A stretch of 64,000 nt of DNA from Callorhinchus milii (lineage: Eukaryota): contig NW_024704742.1 in assembly GCF_018977255.1 (NCBI RefSeq), positions 136,154,001 to 136,218,000 on the forward strand, given 5' to 3'. Each line of letters opens with the position of its first letter. Within the stretch, counting starts at the first letter, position 1. The position numbers and the translations under genes were made by a program. Under the pieces are notes generated by a model. The model saw only the letters and a list, made by a program, of their open reading frames with translations. It did not search any database and was not told where the DNA came from. Shown here piece after piece: positions 22,551 to 36,172 of the stretch.

Positions 22551-25500
22551 TAGACACACACCATTTAATATTCGTGCTCTCTATAGCCTGACTCAGTCAG
22601 TAGAGCCCTTCACCTCTGAGTCAGAAGGCTGTGGGTTTATGCCCCATAAAGTTTATTCTAGGAGTTTACTGTCCAGGACTTTGAGCTCATATTCCAGGTT
22701 GGCACTCCAGCGCAGGGCTCAACATGTGCTACATTGTCAGAGGTCATACTTCACGGCTGATTGTGGGGCATTGCCTTGCACATATTGGCTGCTACATCTG
22801 CCTACAAATACACAGTCACTACACTTCACAACAAAATACTTGATGATATGATGAGGTGCTTTTTCAAATAGAAGGATTAGTCAAGACTATTATTATCAAT
22901 CCAATTTCCTTTGAATAGAACCTACGGACTTTGCTTTAAGCCACAGTTTGTGGAAGAGAGTTCCACACTAATCATTATCCTTGTATTTGACATGGCCTCC
23001 CCCCCACCCCATAACACCAAAGCTCTTTCCAGTTAATTGCTAGCAAGTGCAGTGAATGTTTTTGTAAGCAAACATGGCAGCCACTTTGCACACAGCAAGG
23101 ACTTATTAACAGCCATGAGGTGAATGACAGGTTCATCCAGAATTGGCGGTCCAGACACCAGGAGTAACTCCCTTCTGTTTTCCAACAGTACATTGATAAG
23201 AGGCAGGGTTAGAGGCATGTGCTATGAGGAAGTGTCATAGTTTTGTGGTTAAAGCACTCACCTCACAAGTGAGAGGACTTGGTAGGGTAAAACATAGGCA
23301 AGTTTCCTTACTACACACCTCTGCGTATCTAGCAATTTTGGCGGATCGCTTTTCCGGGGGTAGTAATCCATTGAAAAAATGTGTTTTTTTTAAAAAATAA
23401 TTTGGTCGCTCAATCCATGACTGTTTGTGCTGTGTGCAATTGGCTGCCACGTTTCACCCGCAAAATATACAGCCAATTCACTTTACAGCATATTCTGTGA
23501 AGCGCTTTGAGAATTCTCAAGGTCGTTTTAAGGCGCTGTATCAATATCATTATTTTTAATATTAAATCTGAGCTTCAGCCTGCCTGTTCCTCAAAGGGAC
23601 TTTAAAGATCTCACAAGAGTACTTGAACAGAGAAGTGAGTTTCTCCCCAGTATCCTGACCAACAATCCTTCACGTCAATCAATCATTCTTTTCATGGTTG
23701 TGTGTGGGACTTGGTGTGCTCAAAGTGACTGCCGTGTTTGCCTACGAGTAACAGTCTCTGCACTTGACATCAATTACTGTGAACGGCTCTGAGATGTTTC
23801 GATATAATAAGCAGCCATAGAAATGTGAGTCCTTTCTCCTGACATTATTTCCAATGTGTGTGTGTGTCAATTCTGTGGCTTTATTCTCCCTTTCAACTCA
23901 GACTAGTCTGAGAGAGATTACAGGTCCAGTGGTAACCCACATAACCCCTGCCTCTGTGAAGTGTTGATATCGACCAAAGTGAAACAACATCAGTGAAGCA
24001 ATACCTGGAAAGAAAGTCACAGGTTTAAATTGTTTTTATCTTGAATCATGGTTCCTGTCAGAATACTCTGCCACAAGTGGATTTTGAAGCTAGAAGTATA
24101 ACAAAATTAAAAGGGAATTGTATACATGCATCAGCCTGGCTCAGTTGGTAGCACTCTTGCTTCTGAAGAGTAGTGGGTTCAAGCCTCACATCAGTTCATA
24201 GAGTTGTCTGTAACAATGTACTGCAAATACTGTGCTGGGGAAGTACTGCATTGATGGAGGTGCAGATGAGATGTTAAACCATCACCAGCAACAAAACGTT
24301 ACATTTGTCTAGTGCCCTTCACACTGCGTTTCAGAGCCTTAACAGTGGTGGAGCCTGGCACAAAACCAGGGGAAAAGGAGGGGCTGACCGTAAGCACTGT
24401 TGAAGAGGATGGTCTTTAGTTGTGATCTAAAACAGGGGACGAAAGGAGCAAGGCAGAGGGATTGGGGGAGAGCGTACGAAAGCTTTGGGACGTGTTGGCT
24501 GAAAGCACGGCTGCCAATGGTGGAACGGAGGGGACAAGAGACAAGCAGGAGGGCCATTATCTGCATTTCCAACTTCAGAACTAAGTGGTATTCAGACAGA
24601 GTCCAGAGACTCTGCACAAATAAAATCGATACAACTTTAGTTCTTTGATAGAAAACCTCAGTGTGGCCTCCGTTTTTTTTTCTTCAAATTTACATTGTAG
24701 TTTCTTTGAAGGAATCTATTTTATTGATCGGTTCGCTTGGTAGTTTGGGCGCTTTTAATTAGCCGTGGACACACAGGATAAAGAACAAGGGAGTTGTAAC
24801 AGCAGAACGTTCTGTTCCCCTCCACTCACCAACAGCACAGGGATTCCTGCTTGTCCCTCGCCTCTAGCCTGAATTGCTGGAGCCAGCTCTTTGACGAGCC
24901 ATTGACTGAACTAGCAATAATGGCAGCACGTAATAACAATCTCATTGTAACCTGAACCCCGTGGATTCTTCTGACCAAGAAGAAAATCACTGAACAAATC
25001 CATTTATTTTTCGCAAGAGATTGCAAAATACTCGACAGCGTATTCCGTGAAGCACTTTGAGACGGCTCAAATACGTGATAAGAATTTATATCAAATGCAA
25101 GGATTATTATTGTTATAACGTTGTCTGCCTCCATCACTATTTACCCACTGAAACTTCCTGCTTCTATCCCCTCCATCTTCTACCCCTCTCTCTATCTTTA
25201 AGCGCACTGTAAAAACCTACCTCTTCAAACAGACATCTTCAACCCCCACATTCTAGTTTTAGTGTCCGACCTTGTTATTGTAAAATGTTTCTAAGATGTT
25301 ATGCTATATAAATCAAAATTGTTGTTGTATTTCACCCCATCCAACAATGACAAAATCCTCATCCACGCCTTCGTCACCTCCAAATTTGATTCATTCAGAT
25401 ACTCTGTTCACCTCTCTTCCCAGCACCAGATCAGAACTCCACAGCCCACTTCCACATAAATTTCCACAAGCCCATCACCCTAGTCATGTGTAATAATAAT

Positions 25501-25949
25501 CCTTGCATTTGACATAGTGCTTTATCACATTGTTAAGACGTCTCAAAGGGTAGTTTGCATTGGTGAATCCAAAACGAGAGGGCATAAATATAAGATAGCC
25601 AGTATCAGATCTAAGAGGGAAACTTTGTGTACACATGAGCGAGATGGGAAAAGTATGGGATGAGAGGATATTCAGAGAGGTGGTGGTTAATAATAATAAT
25701 ACATTTGAGATCATGTCAGTCCCAAAGCAGACTGATGTGATATCAAATGGAGAAGTCTCCAAGCACTTTACAGAATATACTGTAAAGTGGACGACTGTGT
25801 ATTTTGTGGGCGAAACATGCAATATAAACATTGAATTGAGACCACTTTCAGTAGATGGTTTGGAATACTGCAGGAACATGGTAGAACTGCTATATAAGCA
25901 CGCCCTGTTACAACTCAGTGTCTCATTTCATGGAGTCCCATAAGTTTGT

Positions 25950-25999
25950 GGTTCGAGTACTCGCCTCACAAGTGAGAGGACCCAGGTTTAATTCCTGAG

Positions 26000-26030
<31 letters not shown>

Positions 26031-26290
26031 CGCAAAACCTTAAGCAAGTTTACTTATTCCACATGCCTCTCTTTACCAAGCAATAAGTATCCAGTTGTTT
26101 GTGGTTTGACGGATCATTTTTCCAGGGGGTAATGATCTCTTCAAAAAATGATTTGGGCAATTAATCCACTACTGTTTGTGGGACACTGCTGTGTGCTGCT
26201 GCGTTTTGCTCACTTTATTCTGTGAAGCACTTCAAGCCAACTCAAAGACGTGGTAAGGCGCTACATCATATGAAAGGATTATTATTATTA
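25950..26290 (+). mobile_element. tRNA-derived SINE, long form, containing a 30-G run
   Basis: Head and body as in other copies; G30 at 26001-26030. Confidence 0.8.
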
Positions 26291-26934
26291 TTAGAGTTGC
26301 AAATACATGGCATAAACAGTTTCTGCTTCTGGGCGATGAGGGGATGGGGGGTGGGGAGGCCCATGAAAATCGATGATTGTCCACTTTATTATAATTTGGT
26401 GGCTCCCCAGAGATCGAATCCCTCTGTGAGTCACAGCTGCTTGATTTCTAGAAATGCTGATCCTAGATTACTGGCCTTGCTCATGTACCCTCGTGCTCGA
26501 TAAACGATACGCGTTAATAAAAGTCAAGTGGCTCATTAACAGCTGTCCGGGTGCTAAATTAGTAGAATTTCATCCCATTTACCATTGGGAAATGGGATGA
26601 AATTAGTGTTGCCTGTAACTTAGTGTTTTCGGTAGACTGCTACTCACGGATGGAGATGTTAATGTACTCACAGCTTTGTCAGCTCTTTGCACGTAGATTA
26701 CAGAGATGAAGTACTTTAGCATTTCTCATGTTGAGTGACTCCTTTTCCATCCCCACCCTCCTCAATAAGACTATAAAATGGGCAGTTGGGCTTTATTCTT
26801 CTGAATGCTAGAGCAAAGAAATATTCATGCTGTCCGCCTGCTCAAGTGACATTCGTGATCCGATTGGAAAAGAGTAAGGAGTTTCCCCCGGAGTCTTGGC
26901 TGACAATCCTTAAGAAAATTTACTTGGATGTTGA

Positions 26935-27292
26935 TAATAATGATCCCTGCATTTGATATAGCACTTTATCACGTCTTTGAGACGTCTCAAAGCACTTCAC
27001 AGAATACAAAGTGAATTGACTGTATATTTTGTGGGCGAAATGCAGCAGCCAATTGCGCACAGTAGTGTCCCACAAACATTCGTAGATTGAGTGACCATAC
27101 ATTTTTTTAAGGGATTACTACTCATGGAAAAGCGATCCGCCAATCGACTAACAACCGGGTTCCCATTAACTGCTAGGTAAGCAGAGGCATGTGGAGTAAG
27201 GAAACTTGCCCAACATTTCACCCCACCCAAGAATCCAATCCGAATCTTTTCTTTTCCGAGGCGATTGCTCTAACCACTAAGCTACAGGACTC
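26935..27292 (-). mobile_element. Full-length tRNA-derived SINE, long form
   Basis: Ends in gctacaggactcc (5' head on the minus strand); tail at about 26935. Confidence 0.88.
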
Positions 27293-27309
27293 CTGCTCAT
27301 GTCGAATTC

Positions 27310-28230
27310 TACATTACGTAGACAAAGTCCAATTCCAACTCTTTGCCTCTACCTTTGATTCCAGGACCACCACTGTTCTGATCAACTGCTTGACAGACAT
27401 CAAGTCTTGGATAAGTTCTTACTAATAGCTGAATGTCGACAAGACAAAGGCTCTCGTGCTTGGCTCTCGTCAGCCTCTTTTTATGAACAGAAGGATATAG
27501 GTGAGGGGAACAGGATGGTTGGGGCTTCATGTGGAGTATTAACAAAGGCATGGATTAGTTGGATCGAATGGTCTGTTTCCATGCAACCTCAGGCACTGAC
27601 AGCATCTACCTGCATGGTGACCTGCTCACTCCATCTCACAGATCCAGTGCCGAATCCTGGTGTCGTTTGACATTCAGCTGTCCTTCAAACAACTCGATCT
27701 GACCTCTCTCACCTCCACAACATCGTCCTAATTCTGCCACTATCTCTCCTGCTGGGCTGCCGAGTCTCTCATCCATATCCTCGTCACATCCAGGCTCAAT
27801 CATTCAAAAGTTTTACCCAGCTCGTCACTGAATAAGGTGCAGACTGTAGTAAATCATGTGCTTACTCCCAAACCAGACTCCGCGCCTCTTTTAAACCCCA
27901 TCCCTGCTCGGTTCCCCAATTCTCAACTTTCAATTCCCTCCATAGCTTTGCCACCATAGCTCTATGATTTCCTGAGATCGCATTGCCCAGTCACTTTATT
28001 TCCTCAGCACCCCCCAAGTTTCACCTCACCAACAGTGACCTTGAGTCACTTTACTCCCCTTCTCTGGAACTCCATCTGTCTAACCTACTCTATCTCCAAC
28101 TTCAAGACATACTTAATGTTTATCTCTTTTATCCACTTTCTCCTCTTCAGCCTCTCTGCGCTCCAACCGCTGTGTGAAGTACTTTGAGACATCTCCCGAT
28201 ATGATAGGCACTATGTAAATGTAAATTGTT
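27310..28230 (+). mobile_element. Highly decayed L2 (RT C-terminal half to tail)
   Basis: INCLTDIKSWISS, ctccacaacatcg, catatcctcgtcacatccaggctcaa, terminal hairpin at about 28175-28225. Confidence 0.65.
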
Positions 28231-28837
28231 AATCCTTCACGGCTGGGAATGGGGGACCTTGCTGAGTGCAAATTAGCTGCTATATTCACTTCCCAGGAGA
28301 CCTCACTTACCTCCTTCCCACCCCCTCCCCCAAGGAGAGTAGTCACTGGTGCAGATACTCTTCTGACCTGGTGATAGATTTTCGAATGAGTCAGAAAATC
28401 GGTTGACCCAGAAGAATTATTGTAATAGGGACATAGAACAGTGACGGCACTAGGCAGAAATTCCTTGTGAAGTGCTTGGAGATATTTTAATGTAATAAGC
28501 ATTGTATTAAATGCAAGGATTATGATTATTATAATTATAAGCAGGTGGGCACTGTATGGGAACAGTCAGTAAATTGCGAGAATGAATTTTGAGGACTTTA
28601 TTTTGAAGTGTGAACTGTGTACAATAACATAATTGCTCTTAGGACCAACTAGTTAATTGGCCATTGTCTACTGAGATGTTTGTAGTTCTCCATGGATGAG
28701 AGTGGAGAATTGAATAGCGTATAATTATGTTCCCTTTGTCAGTGTGCCGACAAGTGTGGGCATGTGATGTGAGGTTGGGACAAACTAAAAGCACAAATGT
28801 AACACTGTTAGGTAACTGTGGGGAGTTAGCTTTGATA

Positions 28838-29200
28838 TAATAATAAACCTTGCATTTGATGCAGCACCTTATCGGGTCTTCGAGAAAGCCCTTTACAGAA
28901 TACAGTATAAAGTGAATTGACTGTATATTTTGTGGGCAAAACACGGCAGTCAATTGCACACTGCAGCGTCCCACAAACGGTCGTGGATTGAGTGACCAAA
29001 TTATTATTATTTTTTAGATTTTTTTTTAAAAAGGGATTATTTCACCTGGGAAGGGGTCTGCCAATCCAGTAACAACCAGGTTCATACTTACTCCTAGGTA
29101 AGTAGGAACCTGGAGTAAGGAAATTTGCCTAACGTTTGACCCCACCAGGAATAAACCCAGGTCCTCTCGCTTGCAAGATGAGTGCCAATACGTGATAGGA
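28838..29200 (-). mobile_element. tRNA-derived SINE, long form
   Basis: Reverse complement of the family body and head. Confidence 0.85.
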
Positions 29201-29744
29201 CGCCACGATTTTGTCGTAAAATCATGAAGGAATATGGGCAGAGAGGCTGTTATTTGAAAAATGGAAGTGGAACGGACATAATGGGTCAAATGGCCTCCTT
29301 CTGTCAGAAATGTTCTATGTTTCTGTCACAAAAGGGTTTTTGAGTCACCCGTTTCTGTCATATTCGAAAATCTCTCACCATACCAGAAGAGTATCCAAAC
29401 CAGAATATAGTGACTATCCTCCTTAAGGGAGACGGGTGGGAAGGAGGTGAGTGAGGTCTCCTTGGAGCTGAGCTGACTTCAAAGTGATGGACTTTGTGCA
29501 ACATAATGTAGGGATTGAATAAGCCCTCTATGGCGGTCTCGGTAGTCCAGATCCTGAGTCAGGCGGATCCGCAGTACTCCAAGGTGACCATTGACTGGGA
29601 TGTCTTTCCAAGTGTAATTTGATGTTGTTGTTGTAATGAACAACCAATTAAGCTCATAGTTTGGACTTCGAGGGTACGCTGGAAGCAGGGATTTTTCCCA
29701 CTACAGCCCTGTTAAGATTCCATGTTATGTGAAGGGCACTATAC

Positions 29745-30030
29745 AACAACAATAAGATTACATTTGTATAGCGCCTTCCACGTTGGAGGACGTCCCAAGG
29801 CGCTGGACAGAGTACAGCATTTCAGACCCGAGCTGGGGTCGGAGGGGGGGGAGGGGAAGGGAATGGGAGGGGAGGGGAAGGGGGGTGGCTGATGGCATGG
29901 TCGAAGAGAAGGGTCTTGAGGCGGGACTTGAAGGAGGCTAAGGAGGTGGCGAGGTGGAGTGACTGGGGGATGGAATTCCAGAGGTTGGGGGCGGAGTGGC
30001 TGAAGGCTCTCCCGCCAATGGTGGGGGATG
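29745..30030 (-). mobile_element. L2 3' fragment
   Basis: Close reverse complement of 33100-33300 and 62540-62800. Confidence 0.88.
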
Positions 30031-30389
30031 TAAATGCAAGTTATTGTTAACCCTGCAAGCCAAAGCCTTCTAAAGGATAGAGGGATTAAGAGATATGGGG
30101 ATAGGACAGGTGAATGGAATTAGGTTAGAAGATCAGCCATGATCTTATTAGGCCGAATGGCCTACTCCTGCTCCTAGATCTTATGGTCTTTATGGTCTTT
30201 TGGGTAGGGTGGTTCAAGCTGGACAACCAGTGGAATGTTTGCCAGACTGTGCTTTCAAAGGTAAGCACTGCATTTTCAGCAGTACCCCAACACACACTCG
30301 AAGCGACCTTCTTCATCTAAACTTCTCTTGTGATCTTGGTGTCTACTTTGAGATATTTTAAATAGCAAATATTGCAGTTATCAATGCTT

Positions 30390-30740
30390 GGACTCCAATT
30401 TGTAGCATAGTGTTTAGAGCACTCACCTCGCAAGCGAGAGCACCCAGGTTCGATTCCGGGGTGGAGCAAAACCTTAAGCAAGTTTCCTTACTCCACACGC
30501 CTCTGGTTACCTAGCTGTAAGTAGGAACCCAGTTGTTAGTCGAATGGTGGATCATTTTCCAGGGGTACTAATCCCTCCAAAGAAAATTTGGTCACTCAAT
30601 CCACAACTGTTTGTGGGAAATTGTCTGCCATGTTTTGCTCACAAAATATAGTCAATTCACTTTACAGTATATTCTGTGAACCACTTTGAGATATCTCAAC
30701 AATGTGATAAGGCACTATACCAAATGCAAGGATTATTATA
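30390..30740 (+). mobile_element. Full-length tRNA-derived SINE, long form
   Basis: tgtagcatagtgtttagagcactcacctcgcaagcgagagcacccaggttcgattcc head, long segment, tail. Confidence 0.88.
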
Positions 30741-31927
30741 ATCTCAATTTCTATTTCATGAAAATTATTTGTATTTTCAAAAAGTTCATTTTTCTCCCTC
30801 TCCCCTCAACAGCCTCCCCCACACCCTTCCCAGCCTGACACCACCTCAGATATCAAACTCTGTTTAATTACTCATTTCCTTTCAGTTTCCAACTGATCAT
30901 CCCAGTTTGACTTCACACCTCAAAGTCTTCCTCGGCTATGTGTTAAGTGTTCCTGTGACAGGCATAGTTTTATTGACACAAGCATTCTTATCTCTCACAC
31001 TGCTGAACAGAGTCAGCCAACTACACCTTTCATATTACTAACACAGAGACAGATACCTGGTACAAAAGAGGAATCGGTGCCATATTTCAGAGCTACAGAA
31101 TGATCCATCCATCCAATACATCTTCCCTCCATCAATCCCAAGTTGTTATTGTTCCTTTCTGGCTTCTTCTTAATAACATAAATAAATAATCCTTGACATA
31201 GCCCATCAAAATGTTCAAAGCATTTCGCAAGATTTAATGCAAAATTAGATAGAATTACCTAAAGATTTATTGGAAAGATTAGCATAATTTTTAAGCAGAC
31301 GTGGCAGGCAATTTATGCACAGTGATACCCTACCAACAACCATGAAGTGAATGACCAATTTTACCTTGGAAGATTGTTGGCCAGGATACTATGAGAAACT
31401 CCTTTCTCTTTTCAAATAGTGTGGTGGAACTTTTAACACCCACTGAATAAGCAGACAGCTTTGTTTTAGCAAATGAGAAAATAAACATGGTTCTGTTCCA
31501 CACAACACGGTCTCCCTCCTGCAGTTGGAAGACTTCATTTTCCTTAGCACAATAGTTGATAGTCATTAATCTTAATCAACGTGACTTTTGTTTTGTTTGT
31601 TTGTTTTTTACAGTCATGAATTCAAGGTCAGAATTCTTGGCGTTGAATTCCACCGTTGCTTACCAACCGAACCCAACTAGGCACCAGCTGTGGCTCAGTC
31701 AGTAGCATTCTCACCTCTCGATCAGCAGGTTGTGGGCTCAAGTCAGCACATGAGCTCACAGTTTTGATGAGAGACTGATTAGATTGGGGTTATATTCCTT
31801 AGAGCAGAGGATGTTAATGGGTGATTTGACTGAGGTATCTAAAATAATGAAAGGAATTGATGAGTTAGATAGTGGACTCTCCTTCCCTCGAGCAGAGGGA
31901 TCGGTTAGAAGGAGGCATAGTCTTAAT

Positions 31928-32362
31928 AACAGCTTGCCAAACCGTGCTATTGATGGTAATCTATGCGGTTTTAGCTGGTTAGACTGCGGCAGTACCCCAA
32001 TGCTCTCGGGTCCCCAAGCCTTAGATCTTGCCAACCTGCGCCTAATACTTTCCGGAATTAGGTAAGCAGGATCCTTTCAAGATCCCTCCAGGGAGAGAGA
32101 GAGCGCATTCCATTACAACAACAACAAGAATAAAATTACATTTATAGAGCGCCTTTTACGTCGGGAAGACGTCCCAAAGCGCTGGACAGTCAGGTGTCGG
32201 GGCCCCGAGCATGCGGGAGGGGTGGTGTAGGGGTGAGGGAAGGCAGAGAGGTGGGAGGGAGACCAAACTAGCTCTGGAATTTCCATGTGTAGGTGGGATG
32301 CATGGAAATCTCAGTTTGATTTAGATAATCTTAAGCATAGTGATGGGTGTCAGCTGACCAAA
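31928..32362 (-). repeat. Third copy of the unclassified repeat, split by an L2 3' insertion (about 32115-32265)
   Basis: Both halves are the reverse complement of 16741-17010 (gagagcgcattccatt | ttccatgtgtaggtgggatgcatggaaa). Confidence 0.7.
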
Positions 32363-32534
32363 TGAATAAAACAAAATCAGAACCAAGACAATTAAGGTCA
32401 GGAAGCATACTTCACACAGAGGATTGTGTGGAATGTACCAGAAAGCTGTACAGGCAGAATCAATAGGGATGTTTAAGAGAGACAAAAGCTTCGTAGTAAT
32501 AATAATATTAATCCTTGCATTTGATATATTGCCC

Positions 32535-33300
32535 TACTGATTGGCTCGCGCCAGCGCCTCTGCACCTCAGGCTCTGGCAGCGTCAACCTCCATGGTTGCA
32601 CACTACAACTCACCGCCAGTCAGGAACCTGGGTGTCTTGTTCGACCCTCAACTGTCTTTTCTCCCCCACATTCAAGCCATGACCTTCCCTCACCTCCGTA
32701 ACATCGCTCGACTCCGCCACTACCTCACCCCTCAGGCCACTGAAACTCTTGTTCATGCCTTCATCACCTTCCAGGCTCAACTATGCAAACACCCTGCTTG
32801 TCAGCCTTCCCAACTCCCCCCCCACAGCCTGCAGATAATCCAGAACTCTGCAGCCCGTGTCACGAACTCAAACTCCGTGACCCCATTCTCCCCCATTCTT
32901 GCCCGACTCCATTGGCTCCAAGATCCTGGTCCTCACCTACAAAGCCCTCCATGGCCTCGCCCCACCCTACCTCGGCGACCTCCTACCAACCCTCCCACTC
33001 CCTCCGCTCAGGCGGCTCCGGCCTGCTCCATGTCCCCAAACCCACCGGCCCCACTATTGGAGGGAAAGTCTTCAGCCACTCTGCCCCCAACCTTTGGAAT
33101 TCTACCCTTCAATCACTCTGCCTTGCCCCCTCCTCAAAACACTCCTCTTCAACCATCCCATCAGTCATGCCCCCCTTCCTCTCCCCTCTCTTCTCCCTCC
33201 CTGAATCCAGCTCAGGTCTGAAATGCTGTACACTGTCCAGCGCCTTGGGACGTCCTCCCAACGTGAAAGGCGCTATACAAATGTAATCTTCTTGTTGTTG
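32535..33300 (+). mobile_element. L2 3' part
   Basis: VRNLGVLFDPQLSFLPHI, LRNIARLRHYLT, KILVLTYKALHGLAPPYL, hairpin tail and (TTG)n. Confidence 0.92.
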
Positions 33301-33627
33301 CCTTATCACATATTTGAGACATCTCAAAGCACTTCACAGAATATACTGTAAAGTGAATTGACTGTATATTTTGTGGGTGAAATATGGCAGCCAATTGCAC
33401 ACAGCATTGTCTCACATAGTGACCAAATTATTATTTTTAATTAAAACATTTTTGAGGGATTATTACTCTCAGAAAAGCGAACTGTCAATCGACTAACAAC
33501 CGTGTTCCTACTTACTAGGTAAACATATGGAATAAGGAAACTTGCCTAACATTTCGCCCACCCAGGAATCGAATCTAGGTCCTCTCGCTTGCGAGGTGAG
33601 CACTCCAACCAAAACACTACAGGAGTC
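33301..33627 (-). mobile_element. tRNA-derived SINE, long form, tail-to-tail with the L2
   Basis: Reverse complement of the family. Confidence 0.85.
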
Positions 33628-34647
33628 AGAGTTGAGGGATTAAGGGGTATGGTGAAACGGCATTGGGATAAAAAATTCTGCCAAGATTTAATATACTACT
33701 GAATATGCTGGTTGGGATGAACAGCAAGCGACCCTACTTTCCTATGATGCTCTGTGTTGTGTCTTCTACTGTGCTGGAGGAGCGCTGCACTGCCAGAGAT
33801 GTCTACCTCTTTGGGTGGACTGAAAGGTCCCTCAGAGGTCTCTGGAAAAGAGAAGGAAATTTCTCCTAAGAAGGGAGTGATGAACAATCAACAATCTTCC
33901 AGATTAATAGATCAGTCAGCCTGTTTGTCGAATGTGAGGCAGCAATAAACAAGGCAAACAAGATGCTGAGCTATATTGCTAAATCAGTTGGGCTTAGATT
34001 CCCAGACATCAATCGATAAGGTGATACAAAAAGACCTGTTCTTTATTCTTTCCTACACCACAACATCATGAGTTTGCAAATAAGCAAAGGGACATTTGCC
34101 AAAACCTTCTTTTGAGCTCAGACAGTAACCATTTAATGAAAGCTAGACTGTTGAGTGAGTCTGGCTTTATGGTATCTTTTGACTTCATGAAGGGGAGCAG
34201 AGTGGGGGAAGGGGCACTACAAAAGGGGGAAACGCTCTCTGAAAGGCTTGTGTTTGGGGAAATTCTACCGTACTCCATTATTAATGAAATAATTGATCCC
34301 TTCCTGCAGTGGTCCATCTGTTACATTCACAACTGTGCATCAACACCTGCAGCTGAAATCTTGATCAATAGTGCCATCTAGCAGAATAACAATGTCTCTT
34401 CAAGCCAAGTAAAGTTTTTTTTCTCCTTGCCTCTTACAGGATTCGCAATGACAAACGTGAGCAACAGTAACTTGCAGCCTTCATGTAGAGTGATATCTCA
34501 AAGTGCTTCATAAAGACTGCCAGTAAATAATAATAATCATCCTTGCAGCTTATCACTTTGCTGAGATGTTTCAAAGCGCTTCACAGAATATATTATAAAG
34601 TGGCAAATGTCCTTTTGCTTATTTACAAGTCATGGTGCTTTTATATA

Positions 34648-34745
34648 TTCTGACGAAAGGTCATCGACCTGAAACATTAACTCACTTTCTTCTCTCCATA
34701 GATGCTGCTTGACCTGCTGAGTGTTCCCAGTGACTTATTTTTTTA
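34648..34745 (+). mobile_element. Penelope-like terminal-repeat relic containing a minimal hammerhead ribozyme core
   Basis: CTGACGA (34650-34656), A, AGGTC-atc-GACCT, GAAAC (34671-34675), followed by ctccatagatgctgcttgacctgctgagtgttcccagtgac, which recurs at 47663-47862. Confidence 0.7.
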
Positions 34746-36172
34746 ATACATTATAAAGACTTTATATTTTGAGGCAAACCATGGCAGCCAATTGCTCACA
34801 GCAGTGTCCCACAAACAGTCATGAATTGAGTGACCAATTTTTTTTNGAGGGGATTATTACCCCCAGAAATCGATTCGCTGCTGAGGTGTGTACACTAAGG
34901 AAACTTGCCTGAGGTTTTGCCCCGCCTGGGAATAGAACACCAGTCCTCTCGGTGAGTACTCTAACTAATACACTACATGTGGTGGTAATACACTTGCAGG
35001 GCCTAGGACAGAAAAAAAATCATGTAGTACAGAGTAGTGAAGCTTTCATACTGTAAAAGTGGCATCAATGCTGCTCTTAAACCTGCTGAGTTGAAAGCCT
35101 TTGAGGATTTTATGATGGTTTGTATCTATGCTTCATTCTTAACGTAGATCCACTTCACCACACTAAGTGAGTCTCTGTAATTGCTAAACCCACATGACTT
35201 GCCTTTGAGACTGTGAGTGCAAAGTCCTGATGTGGAGGCTTGAACCCACAACCTTTTGACCAGAGTGGGGAATACTACCAACTGACCCAAGCGAATACAG
35301 GAAGTGGAGGGGGAGCAGGGTCGGAAAGGGTAATCTTGCAGTATTAATTAATTTCTTAATTAAGAGATCCGGGTGACCAACTCAAAACCAAGTCTAGTGT
35401 TCAAAAGTTCCTCTGTTTTCAAGCGCATGGTTTGCCCGGGGGTACAATAGATCCTGATCTGTCTTGTTTGAGGAGTTACCAGTTTGCCTGCAACATGAGC
35501 ACCATTTGTTCTTAGACTCACAGTGAAATCCCAAAGAAAGGGCATATAACAGAGGGTGCTGGAGCATTGCCTCCAGGCTTTGAACCACAACAGTCAATAT
35601 AAATTTGCCCCAAATATCCTGCTGCTACATGGTAAGCCACACTTCATAGAAGCTATTCTATAGTGAGTGTATGTGTTTTTAAGCTCATCCGAAGAACAAC
35701 ACTTCCAACAACGTGAGGACGTTGACACATCCAACATGAAGCTTGAAGCCAAAACCTTTTGACTCAGAGACGAAAGTGCTAGAACAATACAAAATACAAA
35801 ATTAAATTTGTTTGGCACCTTTTACGTTGGGAGGAGGTCCCAAGGCACTGGACAATCAGAGATTTGGAGGGGTTGGGGGGGGGTGTGTGGGTTGGGATCA
35901 GGGAGGGTGGAGGACAGGCAAGGCAGGATGGTAGTTGAAAGCTACAGTCGAAGTGGAGGGTCTTGAGATGTGTCTTGAAGGAGGCACGGGAGGTAGCGAG
36001 ACGAAGGGAATATGGGATGGAGTTCCAAAGGGTGGGGCAGAGAAACTGAAGGCCTGACCGCTGATGATGGGGTGGGCCTGGCGGGGCAACAACTTGCACA
36101 AATTGCTTAAAGTAAGATGGCGCCTAATCGGAAAAAACATCTTGAAAATCTCTTAATATTTTTGCAAGTTTT

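Noticed and set aside
23897..23912. 16-bp perfect palindrome ctcagactagtctgag
   Set aside because: About one such palindrome is expected by chance in 64 kb; no supporting context.
26001..26030. G30 run as a functional G4 element
   Set aside because: It lies inside an ordinary SINE where other copies have only a few G. Homopolymer expansion or base-calling artefact.
34415..34465. Strong-looking plus-strand splice acceptor (tttttttctccttgcctcttacAG)
   Set aside because: No convincing donor or coding frame follows before repeat sequence begins; isolated acceptor-like motifs are common.
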